DNA of 64,000 bases, taken from NCBI GenBank assembly GCA_012842745.1, contig DUSF01000004.1, forward strand, positions 12,818 to 76,817, given 5' to 3'. A model generated the notes under the pieces. The model did not search any database, was not told the origin of the DNA, and saw nothing but the letters and a program-made list of their open reading frames with translations. The position numbers and the translations under genes were made by a program. The first letter of the stretch is position 1; each line of letters begins with the position of its first letter. Positions 57,385 to 64,000 of this stretch are shown one piece after another. The DNA is from Bacillus sp. (in: firmicutes) (lineage in GTDB: Bacteria > Bacillota > Bacilli > Bacillales > Bacillaceae_J).

Positions 57385-57403
57385 CCTCTCACCTCTTTAC
57401 CGA

Positions 57404-58300
57404 TTATTTTATCATATTGCTTATGTTTTTTGTAGCAGCGTCGACTTGTTCATCTGCATGATACGATGACCGTACAAGGGGTCCTGACTCACAATGCTTA
57501 AAGCCTTTTTCTATAGCAGTTTTTTTAAGTTCAGCAAACTCGTTGGGATGATAATACTTTTCTACAGGCAAATGCTGTCGTGTTGGCTGTAAATATTGGC
57601 CAATTGTTAAAATATCAACGTCATGTGCTCTTAAATCAGCCATTGCTTCGATAATCTCAGCCCTAGTTTCTCCTAGGCCAATCATGATGCTTGACTTTGT
57701 TGGAACCGAAGGCTGAATTTGCTTTGCATTATAAAGAAATTGCAATGAGCGATCATATTTTGCCTTGGACCGAACTCGGTCTGAAAGGCGGCGCACCGTT
57801 TCAATATTATGGTTTAAAATATCAGGCTTCGCTTCCATCAAAACCTTCAAACTGTCTAGATTACCACCTAAATCTGATGGCAGCACCTCAATCGACGTGA
57901 ATGGCGAGCTTTCGCGAACTGCTCTAATTGTTTCAGCAAATATCGTTGCTCCCCCATCAGATAGATCATCACGAGCAACAGCTGTAATGACAACGTGCTT
58001 TAAATTCATCGCTTTGACAGAATCCGCAACCCTTTTTGGCTCCTCTAAGTCCGTTTCGGTTGGAAGACCTGTCTTGACGGCACAGAACCGACAGGCCCGC
58101 GTACATACATCGCCAAGAATCATAAATGTTGCAGTTCGTCTTTCTGCCCAGCATTCATGAATGTTCGGACATTTAGCCTCTTCACAAACAGTATGTAAGT
58201 CTTTCGTACGCATCAGATTTTTTAATTCCGTATAATTTTCATTTGTATTTAACTTTATTTTAAGCCATTCCGGTTTTCTTTTAAAATTTTCAGCCGTCAT
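57404..58300 (-). CDS. lipA: Lipoyl synthase
   Basis: Radical-SAM [10 protein letters not shown] plus the auxiliary cluster [12 protein letters not shown]. Confidence 0.95.
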   Translation of the reverse strand: MTAENFKRKPEWLKIKLNTNENYTELKNLMRTKDLHTVCEEAKCPNIHECWAERRTATFMILGDVCTRACRFCAVKTGLPTETDLEEPKRVADSVKAMNLKHVVITAVARDDLSDGGATIFAETIRAVRESSPFTSIEVLPSDLGGNLDSLKVLMEAKPDILNHNIETVRRLSDRVRSKAKYDRSLQFLYNAKQIQPSVPTKSSIMIGLGETRAEIIEAMADLRAHDVDILTIGQYLQPTRQHLPVEKYYHPNEFAELKKTAIEKGFKHCESGPLVRSSYHADEQVDAATKNISNMIK

Positions 58301-58474
58301 CTTCTCACTCCAACTATTTAAGTAGTCATATTGTGTTCAATGTACCATACTGTGCCTATCATTTCTACCTTTCCATTATTTAACCTATTGTTAACTTTAT
58401 TTCCCAACTATTTATTTTTGATTTCTTAACAAACTAACAATAGGAATTAATTATTGAAAGGGGAATTTGACGTT

Positions 58475-59464
58475 GTGAAACGAACAGTCATTTTTATACT
58501 CTTACTTCTATTTTTTTCGAGTATAGACCCGAACATAACGAGAGCAACTCCAACAACTGAAAATATTTATCAAGAAAGATTGGCCTTATATAAAAAAATA
58601 GAAGCAATCACACAAATATCTTGGTATTATATCGCGGCCATTGATCAATATGAACGAAGTGTACGCCGCGCCCGCCGAGACCTGCCGAAAGAACAAGGAT
58701 TAATAGGAATTTATTTTTCACCACGCCAATGGGTTGGTCCGCTAAATCCAAATCTTGATGAAACGAATGACAATATGATTAAATTTTTTGGAGGTATTGG
58801 CTTAGACGGCAATGATGACGGATTGGCGGATCGCAATAATGATGAGGACGTATTATTTACATTTGCGCACTATATTTCATCCTACGGTTTTGACAAGAAA
58901 CATATTAAAATCGCCCTTTGGGATTATTATCAACGTGATAAAACAGTTGGGATTATTATGAATAATGCTCGACTGTTTGAACAATACGGCTTAAATATTT
59001 CCGAAAAACATGCTTTTCCTATGCCACTTAAATGGAATTATTCCTATCGAAGTACATGGGGAGATCGCCGTGGATGGGGTGGTATTCGTATCCATGAAGG
59101 AACAGATATATTTGCAGGTTATGGGACACCTATTCGTTCAACAAGTTACGGTGTAGTTGAACTGAAAGGATGGAATAAATATGGGGGATGGAGGGTAGGA
59201 ATTCGGGATATTAACAATAATTACCATTACTATGCTCATTTATCTGGTTTTGAGGGAAAACTAAAGCCAGGTCAACTCGTTGAAGCTGGCCAAATCATTG
59301 GATACGCAGGAAGTTCTGGTTACGGCCCACCAGGTACATCGGGTAAATTCCCTCCACATCTTCATTACGGAATATATAAAGACAACGGGATTACCGAATG
59401 GTCTTATGACCCATACCCATCGCTACGCACATGGGAAAGACAAGAACGACAACGGAAAAAATAA
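58475..59464 (+). CDS. lytH: M23-family peptidase (LytH/YunA-like sporulation endopeptidase)
   Basis: M23 motifs HEGTDIF and YAHLSG...HLHYGIY. Start moved to GTG 58475. Confidence 0.8.
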   Translation: MKRTVIFILLLLFFSSIDPNITRATPTTENIYQERLALYKKIEAITQISWYYIAAIDQYERSVRRARRDLPKEQGLIGIYFSPRQWVGPLNPNLDETNDNMIKFFGGIGLDGNDDGLADRNNDEDVLFTFAHYISSYGFDKKHIKIALWDYYQRDKTVGIIMNNARLFEQYGLNISEKHAFPMPLKWNYSYRSTWGDRRGWGGIRIHEGTDIFAGYGTPIRSTSYGVVELKGWNKYGGWRVGIRDINNNYHYYAHLSGFEGKLKPGQLVEAGQIIGYAGSSGYGPPGTSGKFPPHLHYGIYKDNGITEWSYDPYPSLRTWERQERQRKK

Positions 59465-59468
59465 TGAA

Positions 59469-59496
59469 ACGTGGGGACACTAAAACGTCCCCACGT
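59469..59496. terminator. Hairpin between convergent lytH and yunB
   Basis: ACGTGGGGAC-8 nt loop-GTCCCCACGT (10-bp stem). The T-runs are weak on both sides. Confidence 0.5.
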
Positions 59497-59504
59497 CCCC
59501 GTAA

Positions 59505-60260
59505 TTAAGGTAGTGGCACTTCTATTGATGGCTTACCACCTTCCCCACTATTGTAGAAATATGGAACTTCACCTTGAATGTTTCTTATATCAATTGGGAT
59601 ATTAGTTGTAACAGTAATCATCTTAGATTCAAATGGTATAATGACTTTAAGCTTGACCTTCACATGAATAAACAGCTCAATGAGAACATTGTTTATACCA
59701 TGCTCGGTTACTTTTTTTATAACATCAGAATTTACTTCACCAACCATTGAAAAACGAACAGGAATGACTGGTCCTAGGTTTGCCAATAATACATTTCCGC
59801 TTGCCTGACCTAGTGGAATTTCGGCAATAATGCCTTTTCGGTTAGGTGGAACTGTTACTGGTTGTTCCTCTGAAAAATGAGTTGGAGGAACTTCACCTTT
59901 TTCAATCGCATGCAAATAATCTTGGACAGTTTGTGTTGAATCCCATAGAAAATTTCTCATTGCCGCTGTATTCCAACCAATGGTTGAAATTCTGCCATCC
60001 TCTGCTTTTTCAACAATAACTAAATCATCTATTTGTTCATTGTCTTCAGCAATTTTCTTTTTTAATGCTTCATTTATTGCTTGGGTTGCAAATTGTTCTG
60101 CCCTACTTTCAGCTATGCTCATTAAAGTTGGTTGAATACCTTTATTAATAATCCATAAACCTTGGAAGGTAAAAAGTGCAAAAATTATAAAAGTAATAAT
60201 AAACACAGCTTGAAAAGGTAAGGGCCCTTTTCTAGAATAGCGCCGCCTAAATTTAACCAA
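59505..60260 (-). CDS. yunB: Sporulation protein YunB
   Basis: 251 aa with an N-terminal TM anchor. It occupies the yunB position, and the family was recognised by the overall pattern (IPVRFSMVGEVNSDV...). Confidence 0.7.
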   Translation of the reverse strand: MVKFRRRYSRKGPLPFQAVFIITFIIFALFTFQGLWIINKGIQPTLMSIAESRAEQFATQAINEALKKKIAEDNEQIDDLVIVEKAEDGRISTIGWNTAAMRNFLWDSTQTVQDYLHAIEKGEVPPTHFSEEQPVTVPPNRKGIIAEIPLGQASGNVLLANLGPVIPVRFSMVGEVNSDVIKKVTEHGINNVLIELFIHVKVKLKVIIPFESKMITVTTNIPIDIRNIQGEVPYFYNSGEGGKPSIEVPLP

Positions 60261-60293
60261 AAAAAATCCCCCCTTAACAACAATCTATGTTTG

Positions 60294-61409
60294 TTAAGAG
60301 TGGACTATTTCATTTTTCCCTAATAAGGTTGTATCTGTTTCAACGATAAAAATTGTCAATTCTTTCAGCAAATCAATTTCATATGGTTCTTGTAAATACA
60401 TACCATTTTCTTCGATAATTCTAATAATCGGTCTGTCAGTTGAACCAATATTTTGCCTCACAACAATACCCTTTCGTCCATCATTTAAATATACGGTTAA
60501 ACCAATTGGATAAGCGGCAATGGCCTTTCGAAAGGCTTCAACCAAACCGATTTCAAATTGTGAGCCCGCACCCGCATATAAAATTTCCAGACCTTCATTA
60601 GGCAGCATCGCTTTTCGGTAAACTCGATTGGAAGTTACGGCATCATAAACATCTGTAATCGCCAAGATACGGCCGAAATAATGAATATCTTCACCAACTA
60701 ATCCTCTTGGATATCCCTTTCCATTTATCCGTTCATGGTGTTGATAAGCACAGTGAGCTGCTAATAATGGAATTGTAGGTGCATTCCTTAAAAGATTAAA
60801 GCCATCTTCAGAATGTCTTTTCATAACAACGTATTCTTCATCCGTTAATTTTCCGCGCTTAGTTAAAATATCATACGGGACAAGCATTTTACCAACATCG
60901 TGAAGCATCGCTCCTAGCCCAAGTTGCTCTAACTTCCGTTCTGGTAATTTTAGTTGAACACCGAGAGCAAGACTATAGATTGTTACATTTAAAGAATGTG
61001 TAAATATATAATGGTCATAAACAGAAACCTCTGATAATAATGAAATAACATCATTATGGTTTTTTATTTGTTCCAATATATCACGTACGACAAAAGAAAA
61101 CCTTTTACCAAGCTGTTCAACAACAAACACCTTGGATAATGATTTTTCTTTTTGAACAATCTCGAACGTTTGCTCGATTGTTTCAACGGCCTCTTTTCGC
61201 GTTTTTTCCGATATTGGAGACTTAATTTCTACATCCCTTGTAAAAGGGTCATCTACATATACATAGGAAATACCTAAATCTATTAAACGCTTAATCATCC
61301 TTTCAGTAAGCGGTATCCCTTCGCCAATTAAGGCTTGACCCTGACCATTGAAAATAGGTCTACCAAGGGTTACACCTTCTTCCAATGTATTCGTTGAAAT
61401 CAATCTCAT
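60294..61409 (-). CDS. HD-GYP domain protein (putative c-di-GMP phosphodiesterase) with a DUF3391-like N-terminus
   Basis: HDVGK...HHERINGKGYPRGL (HD and GYP motifs). The N-terminal LEEGVTLGRPIFNGQGQALIGEGIPLTERMIKRL is typical of HD-GYP N-domains. Confidence 0.8.
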   Translation of the reverse strand: MRLISTNTLEEGVTLGRPIFNGQGQALIGEGIPLTERMIKRLIDLGISYVYVDDPFTRDVEIKSPISEKTRKEAVETIEQTFEIVQKEKSLSKVFVVEQLGKRFSFVVRDILEQIKNHNDVISLLSEVSVYDHYIFTHSLNVTIYSLALGVQLKLPERKLEQLGLGAMLHDVGKMLVPYDILTKRGKLTDEEYVVMKRHSEDGFNLLRNAPTIPLLAAHCAYQHHERINGKGYPRGLVGEDIHYFGRILAITDVYDAVTSNRVYRKAMLPNEGLEILYAGAGSQFEIGLVEAFRKAIAAYPIGLTVYLNDGRKGIVVRQNIGSTDRPIIRIIEENGMYLQEPYEIDLLKELTIFIVETDTTLLGKNEIVHS

Positions 61410-61526
61410 TTTTTCCTAACCCCTAACTCTGCTTGAGTCTGTATTTTACTATTATTATGATACCAAATAAAATCATAATTTGTAGAATTGCGTCGTATTT
61501 TGTCGAAAATATTTCACATTACTAAA

Positions 61527-61564
61527 TAAAAAAAGCGGCGTTTGCCTATAGACAAATTCCGCTT
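61527..61564 (-). terminator. Rho-independent terminator after yunC
   Basis: The minus strand reads AAGCGG-20 nt-CCGCTT followed by TTTTTTT. Confidence 0.6.
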
Positions 61565-61590
61565 ATTAATATAAACGCTATTTTCACTGT

Positions 61591-61893
61591 TTATAACATT
61601 CTTAACAAAGCATCCTTTCCTTTCATCCCTACCATAATCCCATATTTCTCAGCCTCAATTGTTACTGACTCCAGTGGGGCCTCCAATAACTGATCGATTG
61701 TCCTTACACCAACCGCCCTTCCGGCGATAATTCCTCTATCCTTTAACCGCTCATTTAATAAGGCTACATCTAACGCCCCACACATAATATAACCTTTATC
61801 TGAAGTTACAGCCATAAAATTCGTTTTTGGAAGCGCAACGGTAATCGCTGTAAATTGCTGATTATCTATTTTAATCGGTTCCATTTTAATCAT
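61591..61893 (-). CDS. yunC: DUF1805 protein YunC
   Basis: 100 aa with YIMCGALDVALLNE...IAGRAVGVRTIDQLLEAPL. Confidence 0.8.
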   Translation of the reverse strand: MIKMEPIKIDNQQFTAITVALPKTNFMAVTSDKGYIMCGALDVALLNERLKDRGIIAGRAVGVRTIDQLLEAPLESVTIEAEKYGIMVGMKGKDALLRML

Positions 61894-61962
61894 CCATACT
61901 ACACATCCTTTCTATTATCACTTTATGAAAAATAGAAAAAATCTGTATAGGTGTTTGTCCTA

Positions 61963-62781
61963 TTAAATTTGAACAATTAAACGAATGCCAATGATGATAA
62001 GAATAAACCGCAAAATCTTAACAACAGTATCAGCTTTCATTCGTTGATTAATAATCGAACCTATTTTGGCGCCAATCCATGCCCCCGGTATTAAGGCAAT
62101 CGCAATTATCCAGTCTATATTCCCAAGGTTAAAATGAGTATAGGAGCTAACCGTTGACGATAAAAAAATTAAAAACATAGAGGTAGCTACAGCAATATGG
62201 GGCGGAAATCTAAATAATAACAGCATCGCTGGAACCATTAAGGAGCCGCCGCCAATGCCAAAAATACCTCCTAGAAAACCAACAATAAAAGAAATGAATA
62301 TCGCAAAAAAAATATTAAAACTATATTGATTTGTGTTTCCACGTTCATCTACACTCGTTCGATTGATTCTAAAACGGCTCGTTGACGAGGTTTTTGCCTT
62401 TAATCTCCCTCTAAACATTAATGTTAACGAAATAAATATTATAAAAATACCAAAGTAAAGATTAAACTGTTCAGCATTTAAATATTTGTTCGTCATCGCA
62501 CCTATAATAGCCCCTGGTGCACTACCAATAAAAAACAGCAAACCGCTTACGTAATCAATCTTTTTAAGCTTTATATATGTCAATGTCGAAGATAAGCCGG
62601 TGGCTATGATTACTAACGAAGATGTTCCAACAGCAATTTGCGGCGAAATTTTACCTATCAACACCGTATATGCACTAATGAATAACAATGCAGGTACAGT
62701 AATAATTCCTCCACCAAGTCCAACTAAGCTTCCAATAACACCCGATGACAAGCCAACTATAAACAAAACTACCCATTCCAT
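61963..62781 (-). CDS. yunE: TauE/SafE-family anion exporter (YunE-like)
   Basis: ~8 TM helices with duplicated GxxGGxxG motifs (GSLVGLGGGII; GGIFGIGGGSLMVP). Start moved to Met27 (MEWVVLF). Confidence 0.8.
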   Translation of the reverse strand: MEWVVLFIVGLSSGVIGSLVGLGGGIITVPALLFISAYTVLIGKISPQIAVGTSSLVIIATGLSSTLTYIKLKKIDYVSGLLFFIGSAPGAIIGAMTNKYLNAEQFNLYFGIFIIFISLTLMFRGRLKAKTSSTSRFRINRTSVDERGNTNQYSFNIFFAIFISFIVGFLGGIFGIGGGSLMVPAMLLLFRFPPHIAVATSMFLIFLSSTVSSYTHFNLGNIDWIIAIALIPGAWIGAKIGSIINQRMKADTVVKILRFILIIIGIRLIVQI

Positions 62782-62945
62782 TATTAACTCACTACCTTCT
62801 GTATAGGGTCCGCCCCCTATTAGAAAGACACGACTTGCCGCCCATAACGGCGGAAGCACCTAAAGGTATGACCTAAAGGCCCCCGATGTCCTTTCTTATA
62901 CTGATATCCGACAAAAGTTATATTTTCTTATCAGTATAATAACAA
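62782..62945 (-). promoter_or_regulatory. Candidate promoter (TTGTTA-17-TATAAC) plus a ~130-nt GC-rich structured leader of yunE
   Basis: The leader contains nested inverted repeats: AGAAAGGACAUCG/CGUGUCUUUCU, CCGCC-GUUAUG-GGCGG and AUAGGG/CCCUAU. It also has a duplicated CCUUUAGGU and a 10-bp inverted repeat (TATACTGATA/TATCAGTATA) bracketing the core promoter. I did not recognise a known riboswitch class. Confidence 0.3.
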
Positions 62946-62973
62946 AACTCAGGGCTGTTTATCCAGCCCCGAG
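62941..62973 (-). terminator. Rho-independent terminator after sufB
   Basis: The minus strand reads CTCGGGGCTG-GATAAA-CAGCCCTGAG followed by TTTTGTT. Confidence 0.8.
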
Positions 62974-63000
62974 TCGTATACAAGTAAAATATGTCGAAAT

Positions 63001-64000
63001 TTAGCCGATGGATCCTTCCATCTCGAACTTTATCAATCGATTCATTTCAACCGCATATTCCATTGGAAGTTCACGTGTAAATGGTTCGATAAAGCCCATG
63101 ACAATCATTTCTGTTGCTTCTTGCTCGGAAATACCTCTGCTCATGAGATAGAACAGCTGCTCTTCTGATACTTTTGATACTTTTGCTTCATGCTCTAGTG
63201 AAATATTTTCAGTTAGAATTTCATTGTAAGGGATTGTGTCGGATTTCGATTTATTGTCCATAATTAATGTATCACATTCAACATTTGAACGAGAGCCATC
63301 TGCTTTGCGGCCGAAATGGACAACACCACGGTATGTTACATTTCCACCATGTTTAGAAATTGATTTCGATACAATCGTTGAAGATGTATTGGGCGCTAAA
63401 TGAATCATCTTTGCGCCTGCATCTTGGTGCTGACCTTTACCAGCGATTGCAATTGATAGCGTTAAGCCGCGCGCGCCTTCGCCTTTCAAAATACATGCTG
63501 GATATTTCATCGTTAACTTAGAGCCGATGTTGCCATCAATCCATTCCATTGTGCCATTTTCATCAACCGTTGTCCGCTTCGTAACAAGGTTGAAAACGTT
63601 ATTCGCCCAGTTTTGGATTGTTGTATAACGACAATAAGCATTTTTCCCGACGATAATTTCAACAACGGCACTATGCAATGAATTTGTCGTGTAAACAGGT
63701 GCTGTACAACCTTCAACATAATGGACTGAAGCATCATCATCGACAATGATTAAAGTCCGTTCAAATTGCCCCATGTTCTCAGAGTTAATCCGGAAGTATG
63801 CTTGTAGTGGTGTATCGACCTTCACACCTTTTGGTACATAAATAAAAGAACCACCAGACCATACCGCTGAATTAAGCGCTGCAAATTTATTATCTGCAGG
63901 CGGAACAACCGTGCCAAAATATTTTTTAAAAATTTCTTCATTTTCTCTTAACGCCGAATCTGTATCTTTAAAAACAATTCCTAAATCTTGAAGGTCTTGT
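63001..64000 (-). CDS. sufB: Fe-S cluster assembly protein SufB, C-terminal part (5' end outside the window)
   Basis: ...[42 protein letters not shown]...HYVEGCTAP...[22 protein letters not shown]. The reading frame stays open to the window edge. Confidence 0.95.
   Translation of the reverse strand, partial: QDLQDLGIVFKDTDSALRENEEIFKKYFGTVVPPADNKFAALNSAVWSGGSFIYVPKGVKVDTPLQAYFRINSENMGQFERTLIIVDDDASVHYVEGCTAPVYTTNSLHSAVVEIIVGKNAYCRYTTIQNWANNVFNLVTKRTTVDENGTMEWIDGNIGSKLTMKYPACILKGEGARGLTLSIAIAGKGQHQDAGAKMIHLAPNTSSTIVSKSISKHGGNVTYRGVVHFGRKADGSRSNVECDTLIMDNKSKSDTIPYNEILTENISLEHEAKVSKVSEEQLFYLMSRGISEQEATEMIVMGFIEPFTRELPMEYAVEMNRLIKFEMEGSIG

Noticed and set aside
62782-62859. The longer yunE reading frame starting at 62859 (MLPPLWAASRVFLIGGGPYTEGSELI...).
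   Set aside because: The extension has no SD and no TM character, and it coincides with the GC-rich hairpins. TauE/SafE proteins typically begin at the MEWVVLF...GxxGG helix.
62800-62900. Resemblance of UAGGGUCCG and ACGGCGGAA on the plus strand to ykkC (guanidine-I) motifs.
   Set aside because: The GGUCCGAGAG and GCCCGGGAGA core blocks are absent. The plus strand faces away from any gene here, because sufB and yunE are both on the minus strand.
1-64000. I searched for mobile-element hallmarks at the borders of the accessory blocks: transposase, integrase or recombinase ORFs, tRNA/tmRNA targets and long terminal inverted or direct repeats.
   Set aside because: No ORF in the six-frame track resembles DDE or serine/tyrosine recombinases, and no tRNA-like sequence was seen. 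The only repeats found are the 52-bp array and intragenic tandem repeats.

Overview
This is a 64-kb chromosomal segment from a low-GC, endospore-forming Bacillaceae genome. The backbone follows the Bacillus subtilis gene order yugO-pgi-yugJ-yugI-alaT-alaR...yugE-kapB, then ribD-ribE-ribBA-ribH (FMN riboswitch), queF (preQ1-I riboswitch), bioY, pepA-yuiD-yuiC-yuiB-yumB-yumC, yutM...yuzB-yutI, hom-thrC-thrB, yutH-yutG-yutF-yutE-yutD-lipA-lytH-yunB-yunC-yunE-sufB. I found no rRNA, tRNA, CRISPR array, transposase, integrase or phage genes.

Accessory material is interleaved with this backbone:
- (1) A clade-II (Sec-type) nitrous-oxide reductase system lies in several pieces inside the yug block. 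The pieces are sco plus cytochrome c-nosZ at 1-2396, a mono-haem lipoprotein at 11449-12057, and at 14472-22526 a hemerythrin-like gene, a beta-propeller lipoprotein with an OmpR/HK pair, a second NosL-like gene and nosD-nosL-nosY-nosF.
- (2) A roughly 9-kb co-directional block at 24414-33462 is the best candidate for an undescribed system. It joins MCP-CheA-CheW, with no receiver, CheB or CheR, to a partner-switching set with no sigma factor (RsbW-like, Ser-type STAS, PAS-PP2C), a receiver-less LuxR-type regulator, and a second STAS whose phospho-site is Glu.
- (3) Smaller oddities:
  - an 81-aa Gly/Phe/Pro repeat protein;
  - a self-contained micro transcription unit upstream of bioY;
  - a 52-bp-period hairpin repeat array between yutG and yutF;
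  - a GC-rich structured leader upstream of the TauE/SafE-type yunE;
  - a Cys-rich winged-helix regulator inserted between yutF and yutE;
  - an HD-GYP gene inserted between yunB and yunC.

All domain calls come from motif recognition by eye. Several start codons were moved from the ORF-track start to the first start codon with a credible Shine-Dalgarno sequence.
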